Positions 51,950 through 63,869 of a DNA stretch of 64,000 nt are shown here, piece by piece. A program made the position numbers and the translations under genes. The notes beneath the pieces were generated by a model. The model saw only the letters and a list, made by a program, of their open reading frames with translations, made no database searches and had not been told where the DNA came from. This stretch comes from Felis catus (lineage: Eukaryota): positions 46,998,001 through 47,062,000 of the forward strand of contig NC_058368.1 of the NCBI RefSeq assembly GCF_018350175.1, written 5' to 3'. Each line of letters starts with the position of its first letter. Position 1 is the first letter of the stretch.

Positions 51950-53010
51950 TAATGTTTAATATGAAATATAACACAGTTACATAATATACAGGAAGTCTAT
52001 ATTATGGTTTAGCAAATAGATACAAAGTGACTCTTATGGAATCCCTCCACGGGTCAAGAAATCATGCATGGTTTTCACTCCAGAGGGCCTTTGTGTCTCT
52101 ATCATAACCCGACCCCTTCTCCCCAGAGGCAACCACTGTCAGGTTGTGTCACAGCTATTTCTGCCTTTTCTTTAGCTTTACCATCCATATATGGATCCCT
52201 AAACACTATAGTTTAGTTCTGCTGATTTCTGGGCATATATAAGTTAAATCACACTGTGTGTATTTTTGTGCTCCTTGCTTGTTTTGTTCAACAGTGTATT
52301 TGTCAGACCATTTCATGTTGTTCTGTGTAGAATAGTTCATTTATTTTCACTGTACTGTATAACATCCCATTGTGGAATACACCACATTTTATCTGTCCAT
52401 TCCATTGGTAATAAATATTGGCGTATAACCTTCCAGTCTCATGTATAAAAAGAGCAATGCACTATGCATACTGTTTTGTAACTTGATATTTTTCAATTAA
52501 CATTGTTATAAGTATCATTGCATTTCTTTAAGCACCCTTCTATTCTAATTGTGAAGGCTACATAGCCCATTTGGCCCACATTTTAAAATCAATCTTTAAT
52601 TGTCCATGTAGTTATTTCCAATGCCTTATAATTATAAATAGAATTTTAATTGCCATCCTTGTACATCCACTGTTGTGTGCATCCGCAATTACTTTCTTAA
52701 AATACTTTTTTAAATAGTTGGAATATTTTCCTTAGGATAAATTCCCACAGTCAAAGTACATAAACATTTTTAAGGATTTTGACTTATATTGTCAAATTTC
52801 CATCTAGAAAATTTGTATGTCTCTACTTTCTCAAGAGCAGAATACAAAGTATCTATTTTTTCAACATTCTTGCCAGAAATGGATATTATATATTTTTGCA
52901 AGTGTCATAAAATTAATAAAAGAAACTGGCACATATTATTTGAATTTGCATCCCATTGATTCCCAAAAGGTTAAGTATTTCTTCAACCTTAATAGCCATT
53001 TGTTATCAAA
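51950..53010 (-). mobile_element. Ancient L1ME-type fragments
   Basis: CCCCAGAGGCAACCACT, CCATTGTGGAATACACCACATTTTATCTGTCCATTC and TTTCCTTAGGATAAATTCC are antisense L1M 3' motifs. Confidence 0.65.
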
Positions 53011-54033
53011 CATTGTCTTTTAATCTATAATGGGTCATCTTTTTGGAAGACCACCACTTACACACTAATTAATAAATAACAATTTTTCAAAAGTTGTGTT
53101 TTTCAGGGAGCATTTATCATTTATACCACTTCAGGCTCTGACGAACCTTCTTCAAACACTATAGAAACGCAGTCATTTATAAAGGAAATGCCGCTGACAA
53201 TTCTATTGTTGGCTGGTAAACTGGGAAGAAAAATCTTCCCACTTGATCAAAATGATGTCATACTAGTGATCTTTACCATGACCTTGTCAGATCAGCCCCT
53301 ATGACCTTCATAGTGACCGCATCCCCTATGACCTGCTTCTTTAGTTCATAGCAAAGTCAAACTCTCTTATTTAAAAAGAGCAAATGGCAGTTGCATGCAG
53401 AACACAACTCAAATTATCCTGTATTTTGGGAGCCTTACCTAGTTCTATGGGGATGAAAAAAATTGATGATGTGTTGCACACTTCATTGGTGGCTCCCCAG
53501 GACTAAAACATCCTCTATTGTTGACATGTTGAATTATGAGAAACCTGATCATCTCAACCATGTATTTGTTTTAGAACATCACTCCACTAGGGAGTATTAC
53601 TTCAGAGTGATCTGCTTGAGACAATCAGATAAGTTAGGGACAATTGAATAAAATTAATGTCCACAAGTTCCATAAATGAAATTAAAGTGGAGTCAATACC
53701 AGAAACAATAGTGTATTGTAAATAATAGGCACCTGATTGTTATTTCAAGAAACAACATAGAACCAAGAATACTGTAGGAAAGTTTGAGTAATAGTTCTTC
53801 CTTACCAAAAAAGTTGTTTTCTTATACAAATTTACGTAGGATTTTCAGCAAGGTTTTTTGGCCATGCTTCGTGCAAAAATAAATCCCTTCGACAGTGTTG
53901 GCTATATGATATACAAATGCACTATTTTGCTGTATGTACCTTTCAATATTTTAGCCAGTTTGTAACCAATAGGTAATCTTTCCAAGAAAATGATGACTGT
54001 GTGATAACCACATTCTAAAATAAAACCATCGTT

Positions 54034-54243
54034 GGCCACCTGGGTGGCTCAGTCGGTTGAGTGTGGCTTCGGCTCAGGTCATGATCTCACAGCTCTGTGG
54101 GTTCGAACCCCACATCAGGCTCTGTGCTGATGGCTCGGAGCCTGGAGCCTGCTTCGGACTCTGTGTCTCCCTCTCTCTCTGCTCGTAACCCACTCGCATT
54201 CTGTCTCTGTCTCTCTCAAAAATAAATAAACATTAAAAAATGT
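54034..54243 (+). mobile_element. Can-SINE
   Basis: TSD TAAAATAAAACCAT(C/T)GTT. Confidence 0.96.
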
Positions 54244-56299
54244 TAAAATAAAACCATTGTTTCCTTCACAAAAGGCATCACTAATGGGATGTTCACTCAT
54301 TCTAATATCTTGAATATCATAGAGAAATTATTTTTAATTCAGTTTGGTTGACACACTTATATGGTTTCAATTCCTCAGACAATGTATAGGTCTTGTCTCC
54401 ACATCTAATTTAAGAAACAAAATCTCTCATAGTTATAGATTTCATCTTCATTCAATTTTAGCATCCTGAAAGGGAAACTAAGGGGTGTTCTAAGATCAAA
54501 ATCACTGGATGAGATGAAAAAATATGTACTAGTCCCCACAGAGTGTCCCTACTGGGGGGTGGGGAGGGGTGCATACAATTCACTATCCAAAGTCTCAAGG
54601 AACCAAAGTCTAGAATTTGAACATCAGAAATTAGTAAGACAGATACACCCTTTTAAAAAGTAGCAATGTAGCTGAGTACTCTCTTTTATTTCTTCACAGT
54701 GCAGTGTTCCGTTTTTGAGCTTGCCTTGGAAAAGAGTAGCATAAAACTGAGATTAAGAAATGTGTGTAAATATCAGAAATTTGAACTTCTGTGTTATGTG
54801 TACTGATTTTTCCGTCTTAAATGCTCTTCTAGTTTTTATTTACCGTAAATGTCAGAATCTGTATGCTGGTCCATGTTCTGTTCAATTATTCCTATATTAA
54901 TGAAACTCTCTGTAAGAGTTTGAACATGATTTAATATCTAAAATATAGCATGAGACATAAAGTATTCATTGATGACATTTTTAAACAAACACCTGTGCAT
55001 AGATTCATACACGAACTGTGAAAATAGAAGCTATTCATCAGGGAAGCATTGAAATGAGTTGCTATCATTACTGAAAACTGTTATTAGACAGCAGTAAGAA
55101 TATTTAATTTTGAAAATAATATCAAAATTAAATTTTAGCTGATCAGACAATATGAGGAAAACACCCTACGGGATACAATAACTTTAATAAAAGTCTGGAG
55201 AAAAGTGGAGTTAAGGAATGCTTGTTAGTGTATGATGCACTAAGACCCCGTCCCCTTTTCTGCTCATGGCTCATGCTTCGGGAGCAAAAAAAAAGACCAA
55301 GTGAGAGGAAGTGAGGGAAAAAATGGACAATGTCTTCACTTTGGTGTATTTTACCCTTCTTCATTGTCCTCTGCTTCCGCCTTCATCTGTCTCCCTTTTT
55401 TCATGTACTTTTCAGAAAGGTGACAAGACAGAGCCTTAAGACAGGCCCTAGTAAAATTTAATATGATCCTGAAAAATGGTGAAATTAAAGCAGAATGACC
55501 ATGCTCCTTGACTTATGTAAAGTTTATTCAAACCTGTCTTGCTCTCCTTTTGAACCTGATAGTGCACGGATTTCTTAATGATGTGCAAATTAAAAGGACT
55601 TTATCAAAGACTCAATAAGTATGTAGTCAATGCAAAAAAAAAAAGCTGAAAGAAATCTTTTAATAATTTCAGAAGAAATATAATATACTGCATCATATGT
55701 ATATAGAGCAAATATTCAAACAAACAAAAAAAATCCCAGCTGAATAGTTAAGATGATTGCATTTCTTATTTATAATCACCCGGGAAGAATATCAAAATTA
55801 GATATTCCCAATTAGTCTCCTCACTATTTAGACTCCATTCCTTAGACTAGTGAGTGAAATAAAGATCTTTAGCCTCCGTAGAATTAAATTCCAAAATAGT
55901 AATGTTTTCAGGAACATGCTAGTGGATACCTCTCACAGCGATTCTAGTCTGTCATGTAATTGAATCAGCCTTATTTGAATTATGACATTCAAAGAGTGGT
56001 TCCAAATTTCAATGTTACATAGAAATGTTCTGAGGGAAGTTGGAGGCATGGGGGAGGAAAAGGGCTGAGCCGAGTGTGGAGTCATTCAGGATCATCAGCC
56101 ATGGAGTTACGAGTTCACCCAGAAAGGTCCGTCAGGGAGAATCAGAAATAAGGTAGGGTACTCTGGGAGCAACACCCCGAAGGAACTGGCCAAGAAGATA
56201 TAGAAAAGAGCACAAAGAAAGATTGATCAGATATTTAGAGAATCGGAAAGTGCAGAATCCTAGCAGTCAGGTGAGGTGGACGCGTGTCCCCTTTTTTCA

Positions 56300-56755
56300 T
56301 TGTGGCTTGACCGTTCAGCACGTGAACCACCTCCTGTTCACTGTTTGGGGAATATGTGACTTGGTGGGTCCAGGAAGCTGGCAACGTCCATTCTCAATAT
56401 AAAAGAGAGAACAGCATATTTATCTCCTCTCACAACCTTGGTAGCAGGGCCAGAAATGACGGCTTGTGCTTGGCAAACCAGAGCTTCACTGGAAGCAAGC
56501 GACTCAAAGAAGCAAGGACAGTTTGCATTCCTCGTCTGGTGACGGTGGCACCCTGTGTTTAGCAGTGGGGACAGCAGTACCGTCTAACCACTCTTTTCCC
56601 ATGGCAAGATCCGGACTGGGGTTTCAAGTACCCAGTAGTGCCTAGCATTTTCCAAGACTGTTTCCTGAGGCTTACCACTGACCACTGACCACTAATATCC
56701 CTCCCAACATGTCCTTCTCTGCTGAAGTCTGTAACCCAGAATGCTGACCAGTACA
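56300..56755 (+). mobile_element. Old ERVL LTR (LTR33-like)
   Basis: Ends TCTGCTGAAG...AACCCAGAATGCTGACCAGTACA. Confidence 0.5.
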
Positions 56756-56893
56756 GCCCCGGTGCAAAATGAAAGTGCAGAGCCTCCTGTCAAAAAGTTA
56801 CTTAAACAGTCAAGCAGTGAAACAAGCATGAGGTCCTTCTAAATGTGGGGTGCTGGACAGCTGCCCAGGTTGCACACCCGTGAATCTGCCCTG
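56756..56893 (-). mobile_element. MER45A-like hAT-Tip100 DNA transposon
   Basis: GTGCAAAATGAAAGTGC...CAGGTTGCACACCCGTGAATCTGCCCTG matches the reverse complement of MER45A. Confidence 0.75.
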
Positions 56894-58419
56894 ACTGTTA
56901 CATCACAGAAGGAAAAGCACTCATTGAAAATATTAGGTCAAGAAGAAAATCCCTGGGAAAGTAAATCCTCAGTGCTTTTATTTTGCAAGTGATTGGGAGC
57001 CAAAGAATGTTACAGTCAGAAATCAAACTATCAGAGCTCATTTAAACCTAATTGACTTGCCAGGCTACTAGTAAGGTTTGGCAGAATTTGCTGCGTCTTC
57101 ACAAAATGAAGGTTTTCTTCTGTGCACACATTTCATTTGGAAAGTTCTTGGGTGTGATTTATAAACTTTGGGATGGAAACATAAAAAGCGAGTCCAGGGT
57201 ATTTTTAAAGGTCCCACTCTGAGCCTACCTACGAGAGAGTCACTAGCACTGGCCCAATTCACTCTGCCCCTGAAAGATGGCCGTGCGGGTGTGGGATGGC
57301 CACACAGCTGCTGTTGACACACTGTTCCTGGGTCCTACCCAGGGATTCTGAATCCCTCAGTGGCCAACGCGTTCAGCCAGGGTCCAAGCCAGGCTCACCC
57401 GGAGTTGTGCTTTTGTAGAGAAAGCCGTCTATTTAGATTCTTATTTTAGTAAAACTGTTCACCCATGAATTGTGTGTCTGAGCTTAAAATTCCATGAGAC
57501 TTTGTATTTAGTAGGAGGAAAGTCTCACAAAAGGGACGACTAAGTAAGAACATTCTGGTAGTAATGCCCTAAATCATCTGGTAGCAACCCATTGGCCAGG
57601 CCCGGGGGCCACACTCTGACTTGGTATCTAGCACCAGGTGACCTGCCCAGTCCTGGGAAATGGATGGATGTCCAACACGCCAGTAGGCAAGTAGCTACCA
57701 TTAGGCGTTCTGTGGTCAAGCAAAGCCTTCTGTTTAGTCCCTAGATATTTCTCAACCAAATCTCATGATTTCATGTGAATGGGGAGGACAGGGAAGGAAG
57801 TCTGAAGGGATGTCAGCAGCATGGCAGTGGCAGGTCGGGACCCCCTTGCGGTGACGCGATAAATACCTTCCACTGCATACATAGTCTTTCAACACAGCAG
57901 CACGGGCTTTGCAGACGCATCTGAAGAAACAAGCTCGGATGTTTTGCAATCAGAAACATAAAAAAAAAAAAAAAAGACCACTCTTGCCCTGCCGGCAGAG
58001 CCGCTGAGATTTTCAGCCCAGAATAGAAAGACTGCTTATGTGCCTACCTGGCCTTTTCCTCCACCTCAGGCACCTCCCTGAGTTGATGTTGGTTTATTCA
58101 AATTAGTGCATAATTGGAAGCAGCTGCTATTTCATAGATGACTGGAAGTCTTAATATTCTTTGGGAAACACGCGAAATTAACGGAGTTCATATAATTCGA
58201 TATCCATTTTTTCACATTCATCTTTCTTAAATTGATTTTAGTTACATAAATATCTTTATGAAGCACCTACCACGTGTTAGGCCTCATAGTCTCAAATACC
58301 AAATCTCTCTTTCTGTATTCATTTTATCCACCCAACGTCTTGTGAGCTAAATGTTATAACACTCAAAAATGTGAAAATTTGAATTTAGAGAAGATGCGTA
58401 ACTGATCTAAAGTCATGCT

Positions 58420-58636
58420 GGGGCGCCTGGGTGGCGCAGTCGGTTAAGCGTCCGACTTCAGCCAGGTCATGATCTCGTGGTCTGTGAGTTCGAGCCCCGC
58501 GTCGGGCTCTGGGATGATGGCTCAGAGCCTGGAGCCTGTTTCCGATTCTGTGTCTCCCTCTCTCTCTGCCCTTCCCCCGTTCATGCTCTGTCTCTCTCTG
58601 TCCCAAAAATAAATAAAAACGTTGAAAAAAAAATTT
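58420..58636 (+). mobile_element. Young Can-SINE inserted in a MIR remnant
   Basis: CpG-rich; TSD TAAAGTC(A/G)TGCT. Flanks 58255-58700 are MIR-like (-). Confidence 0.98.
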
Positions 58637-58867
58637 TAAAGTCGTGCTAATGGATAGAAGTGATAGGATTCAAACTTGGTTCCTAATTGTTTGAAAGCTA
58701 TTCTCTGCGACCGCCAACATTTTTGGAGTATCTCTTATACAAAAACACTGATAGAAAATATGAAAAAATAAATATAAAAAATATATATTCTAGGCCTTGA
58801 AAAGATTTTATTATAGTGAAGAAGAGACAAGAATATAAATACCCACACACGTAGTCAAATAATTCTT

Positions 58868-59091
58868 TTTTTTTATTTATTTTTTTAACTTTCTTTTACT
58901 TTTGAGACAGAGAGAGACAGAGCATGAACAGGGGAGGGTCAGAGAGAGAGAGGGAGACACAGAATCTGAAACAGGCTCCAGGCTCTGAGCTGTCAGCACA
59001 GAGCCCGACGCGGGGCTCAAACTCACAAGCCGTGAGATCATGACCTGAGCCGAAGTCGGATGCTCAACCAACTGAGCCACCCAGGCGCCCC
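58868..59091 (-). mobile_element. Can-SINE
   Basis: TSD CAAAT(A/G)ATTCTT. Confidence 0.97.
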
Positions 59092-59407
59092 AAATGATTC
59101 TTGACAAATGTCTAAATGCAATTCAATAGAGAAAAGATAGTCTTTTCAACAAGTGGTTCTGGAACAATTCCATTTGCAAATTAAAAAAAAAAAAAAAACT
59201 TCAACCCATATTTTGAGGCATATACAGAAATGAATAAAAATGGATCATAGATCTAAATGTAAAACCTAAAAGGAGTTATAACATTCCTAGAAAGAAAAAG
59301 GGAAAAAAACCTTTGAAGCTTGTGTGAGACACAGATTCCTTAGATAAAACACCAAAAGCCCAATCCGTAAAAGAAACAATTGACAAATTGTACTTCATCT
59401 AAAATTT

Positions 59408-59613
59408 TTAGAAGTTTTTATTTATTTATTTTGAGAGAGAGAGGAAGGGGCAAGGGGAGGGCATAGAAAGAGGGAGAGAGAGAGAATTCCAAGCAGGCTC
59501 CACACTGTCGGCACAGAGCCTGACACAGGGCTTGAACTCACTAACCGTGAGATCAGAACTCAAGCTACAAACAAGAGTCAGATGCTCAACCAACTGAGCC
59601 ACCCAGGCGCCCC
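59408..59613 (-). mobile_element. Can-SINE
   Basis: Degenerate TSD TACTTCATC(T/C)A. Confidence 0.95.
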
Positions 59614-60580
59614 ATACTTCATCCACATTTAAAACGTCAGCTCCAACTGTACTGTTAAGGAAATGAAAAAGTAAGCCACAGATTGGGAGAAAATACTTGC
59701 AAACCCTATATCTGACAAAGGACTTGAATCCCAAATATATTTAGAAGTATCTAAACTCAGAAACAAGAAAACAACTGAATAAAAATACGTAGGCACAATA
59801 CTTGATAGACACTTCACAAAAAAGATCTATGGGTGTGAAATAAGCATAGGAAAAGAACATTAGTCATCAGAAAAATTCAAATTAAAGTCACAATGCTGTA
59901 TCAACACACACCCTTTAGAACAGCAATTTTTTTCCTAATGTTTCATACTATAATGCTGGAAAACACTTAGCAATTTCTTATGAAGCTAAATGTGTACTTA
60001 CCATATGACTCTATGATACCACTGCTAGGTATTTACCCCAAAGAAATAAAAACTTATGTTTACACAGACACCTGTGTGTAAATGCTTGTAACAGATTTAT
60101 TCATAATCTCCAGAAACTGGCAAGAACACTAATGTTCACCCACCAGTAAGTGGATAGATAAATTTTGGTGTGCCCATAGAGTATACTCCTCCTTATCAAT
60201 AAGCTTAACAAACCACAGATACTTGCAGTAACTGCATGAATCTCAAAAGCATTATACTAAGTCAAAGAAGCCAGATTTGAAAATCTTGCATACTGCATGA
60301 TTCCACTTATATGACATTCTAGAAGATGAAAAACTGTTTGGAACAGAAAACAGATTTGTTGTTTCCTGGGGGTGGGCGGGGGGTGGGTATTGACTACAAA
60401 TGGACTTGAGGGAACATTTGGGGCTGAGGGAAATATCCTCCCTGTCAATTTCAGTTGAGGTTACATGAATGTTTACATCTCTTTGTCAACATTCATAGAC
60501 CCGTATACCAAAAACAGGTGAATTTTGCTGTGTGTTACTTACATTTCAACAAAGCTGACTTTAGATATTCAGCATGTCTA

Positions 60581-60811
60581 GGGGCACCTGGGTGGCCCAG
60601 TTGGTTAAGCATCTGACTTCGGCTCAGGTCATGATCTCACAGTTTGTGAGTTTTAGCCCCGCATCAGGTTCTGGGCTGACAGCTCATAGTCTGGAGCCTG
60701 CTTCTGATTCTGTGTTTCCTTCTCTCTCTGCCCCTCCCCCCCCCCCCCCCCCCCGCTCACTCTCTCTTTCTCTCAAAAATGAATAAATGTTATAAATAAA
60801 TAAATAAATAA
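60581..60811 (+). mobile_element. Can-SINE with C19 run and (TAAA)n tail
   Basis: TSD ATATTCAGCATGTC (60565-60578 and 60812-60825). Confidence 0.97.
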
Positions 60812-60849
60812 ATATTCAGCATGTCAAAAACTGAGGCCCTTCTCTTTCT

Positions 60850-61645
60850 CATTGAACCTTGCTTCTTCCCCGTCAATCCACCCAGTCTGCAGTGGACGGG
60901 TCCCTCCGTCTCTCTCTCCTGGCACCCGGTCAGCTTTGACGCACAGTAAATGCTGTCCCTTTTTATTTTTGGAAACATCTCTTCCCCTCCTTTCCTATTG
61001 TCACTGCTTTGTTTTCCTTCCACATTTCTGGCCCAATTCCTGTCTCTGCCTCCTGACAGGTTTTCTGCCCTCTCCTACCCTGTGGTCTGAGTGATCTTTA
61101 TACAATGTAATCCTCCACAGGGCTATCCTGTGCTCAACATTTTTGCAAGCCCAAGTTCCTTCAAACTGCACAGAAGCCCTGTGCTGTGTAAGCCCTGCCA
61201 CTCCTACATGCATATGTAATGTCCCAGCTGTACACACCTCCCAGTTCCTGAATGTGCCATTTTTTTTCCTTCTCCGTATCTCTGTAAATTCTGTTCTTTT
61301 GCCTGAAATGGTTGTTCTTTTGTTTTTTTTTTTTAATCTTGTCTCTAGTGAAACATACTCATCCTTTGAGACCCTCCTGGCTCTCCTTTCCATTTTCTCA
61401 GTGGAAACTGCTCTCCCACTGCCTTCTTCAGGCTGGGATTTGGATGCCCTAGCCCTCGGCTCCAAAGCCACATGCTTGTATCTTAATGAAGGCACTCACC
61501 TCCCTGTCCTAAAGCTATGAATAGATCTGGCTAGCCCAGTAAGTAACATGCTGCCTAAACAAAGTGTCTGTGTATCATATACTCTTGGATCCTTAGCAAC
61601 TAGAGGCGTTTGGTAAATAGCCTTCAGATGATTGAGCAAATGAAC
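60850..61645 (+). mobile_element. L2 3' region
   Basis: Pyrimidine-rich L2-like text (CCTCCTGACAGGTTTTCTGCC, GAGTGATCTTT, TACTCATCCTTTGAGACCC) ending with an L2 tail-like sequence. Confidence 0.6.
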
Positions 61646-62136
61646 ATAGAAATATCTTACATATGCAGCCTCAGAAAAAAAAATCGCTTGAACATTTTAC
61701 CCTCCTGACCTACATCTTTTGATATTTTGGCTCTGGGTAGAATGCTTTCTGAGAAAAGATCACCTAATACATGCATCAGCAATGGCACAACATGATCCAA
61801 ACAAATCCCTGGGGCTATAAAAGAGCAAACGTGCGGAGACAAGCATAATATATAAAGCAGATCAGTTGTGGGAAAAATACAAGCAGGGCCACTAAGGTCA
61901 CCATCCTATATTTAAAGTCCTCGGTAAAGGTTTGCATAGGATGTTCGTTTTAATCATAGATGATTTCTACTTTTAAGTGAGGCCAAACTGGTTTCTGAAC
62001 TTGCTATTTATGGAACCGGTGGAGTCAGTGTGCAGATATCCCTGTGGCATGCACCCTGTTCGTTATGCCCTGATAACATGGGGATTTGCTGCATTTGACC
62101 AGAGAGTAGAAGATGATGTTTTTCATAGGTGCTTAC

Positions 62137-62357
62137 GTGGCTGTACATTGGAAAAGGGAGCAGAGATGAGAACTGGGGTGTGGCATGCCATCCAAAACTC
62201 TGTTCCGCTTGCACACTGGCTTCCCTCTAACGGAGGAAGGAATGCAGTCAATAAAATCGTGGTGTTCTTGGGCATAAGCACAGGACTGCTTCGGTGCCTG
62301 GAAGTAACAGTCTCCACGAAGAGGGGAGAGGAGAGGCTGTTCATCCCCCGAATTCCA
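62137..62357 (-). other. Candidate 221-nt exon of an unidentified transcript
   Basis: Acceptor CCTTGTGGTCTACAG|T and donor CAC|GTAAGC in GC-richer unique sequence; two minus frames are open; no recognisable protein. Confidence 0.25.
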
Positions 62358-62442
62358 CTGTAGACCACAAGGATCAGACAGAACGATATGTACAAAAATC
62401 ATTGAACTGAGAGTAAAATCAGTGTTCCACACTCATGGTTGT

Positions 62443-62493
62443 TCTCTCTCTCTCTCTCTCTGTCTCTGTCTCTCTGTCTCTCTGTCTCTCTCT
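62443..62493. repeat. (CT)n/(CTCTGT)n simple repeat
   Basis: Directly visible. Confidence 0.95.
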
Positions 62494-63869
62494 TCCCAGG
62501 GGAAGGGTAGACTACTTAGGACATTTTAATGCACAGTAGAGTGGTTTTGTCACACTTGCATTCATCTTACTCATTTTCTTCTCTTATTTCCAGACTTGAG
62601 GGAGTGTCTTCTCTGTCTTTTGTGTTGCTGTTTCTAATTCATTTTCAGTCAATCTACTCACACTGTTTATTCACTGGAAACGAATTAGAAATTACAAAAA
62701 CTATAGATTATTCATTTTCAACCAAATCGTTTGAAACAAATTGTGCTGAGCAGCTTGCTGAATTTTAATCAAATTACATTTTGTCAAATTGGTGTCAGCG
62801 AAACTGCATCACCTACACGGTTTGGGGGCAAACTGATTCATAACAAATCACCGGGAGCCTCAGAGTGGCCCCCGGCAGAGCACCGTGGGGCCCCGTGGGT
62901 ACATCAGCCAAGTAACCTGATCACAAATGGTACTGGTGGTCAGACAGGAGCCCATTCCAGAAAACAAATCCAAGCCAAAGAATGGGAGAGAGCTTGTTCC
63001 TGTCTACCTGCAGCAACCCTCCGGGAGAACCTCAAAAATGCCTGAGGGAGTCTACATGAGGGAAGGTAATACTCTTCTTTTCTACCTTTCTCACATTATA
63101 TGGTTCATTGCCTGGCCAAGGCGATTATTTCCTTTGCAGGGCCCTTTTTCAAAAAGCAGGAAAAAATGCCCTTCAGGGTACTAAAATAGGTTTCCCCCTT
63201 TCTTCTGTAGTCTCTCAATTTGTCACAGTGCTATATATGTCATTCTAAGTGAGGAGAAATTAAAATTTTACATTATGAGCATGGACTTTACCATTCCTCC
63301 TTTACATTATACAATGCTGGTTTTTCATGCAAATAAGAGAATTTATAGCGGAATCTCTAATATTACACAATTTGTATTTCATATGTTGTATATGTTTTGT
63401 TCTTACCAGAACAGGGGAAAAGCTGTATCAAAAACAGTCCACTATTTTCATTTTACTCCCTGATAAATGCACATTCTTCCAAGACCCTCTACCTTCAACT
63501 TCCTGCTGAGTAAGTAAGGCCTGAAACGGAAGGAATTATGGGTTGCCCTATTCTTATTATGGATTGCCATCATTTTTATCATACACGGTTGGTGAATAGA
63601 GGGAGGTAATACATGTTTTAAAAAAATATGATAGGGTTTCTTAGTTGTTTGCACTTTTCAGGATACCACTGCCCCCTTTTTACATTTGAAGTGAGTTCTG
63701 TTTTCATAGAGAAAGCATGGCTTCTCAGGAAATCCAGCACTGCCCGGTCTACTCTGTCTCCATGGAAGGGTAGACTAAAGATCAAAAAAACAGATTAGAA
63801 ACACTTCAGAAAAAGAGCCCCAAACTGGAACAGCCTAAATGTTTTTCAAGAGAAGAGCAGAGAAACCTT

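Larger units (their letters stand above)
58825..60563 (+). mobile_element. Old L1M (L1MB/MC-like) ORF2 end plus 3'UTR, interrupted by two SINEs
   Basis: GATAGTCTTTTCAACAAGTGG, GCCACAGATTGGGAGAAAATACTTGCAAA, CTAGGTATTTACCCC and CATGAATCTCAAAAGCATTATACTAAGT. Confidence 0.88.

Noticed and set aside
647..60811. Recurring ~200-bp repeat and recurring ORFs such as GAWVAQSV...SAQVMIS...SLEPASDSVSPSLS (22460, 29587, 44152, 47887, 50982, 51616, 58877, 60574)
   Set aside because: These are dispersed Can-SINE copies with TSDs and A tails, not a gene family or CRISPR array.
61001..61495. 164-aa basic ORF on the minus strand
   Set aside because: Antisense reading of a pyrimidine-rich L2 remnant; no recognisable domain.
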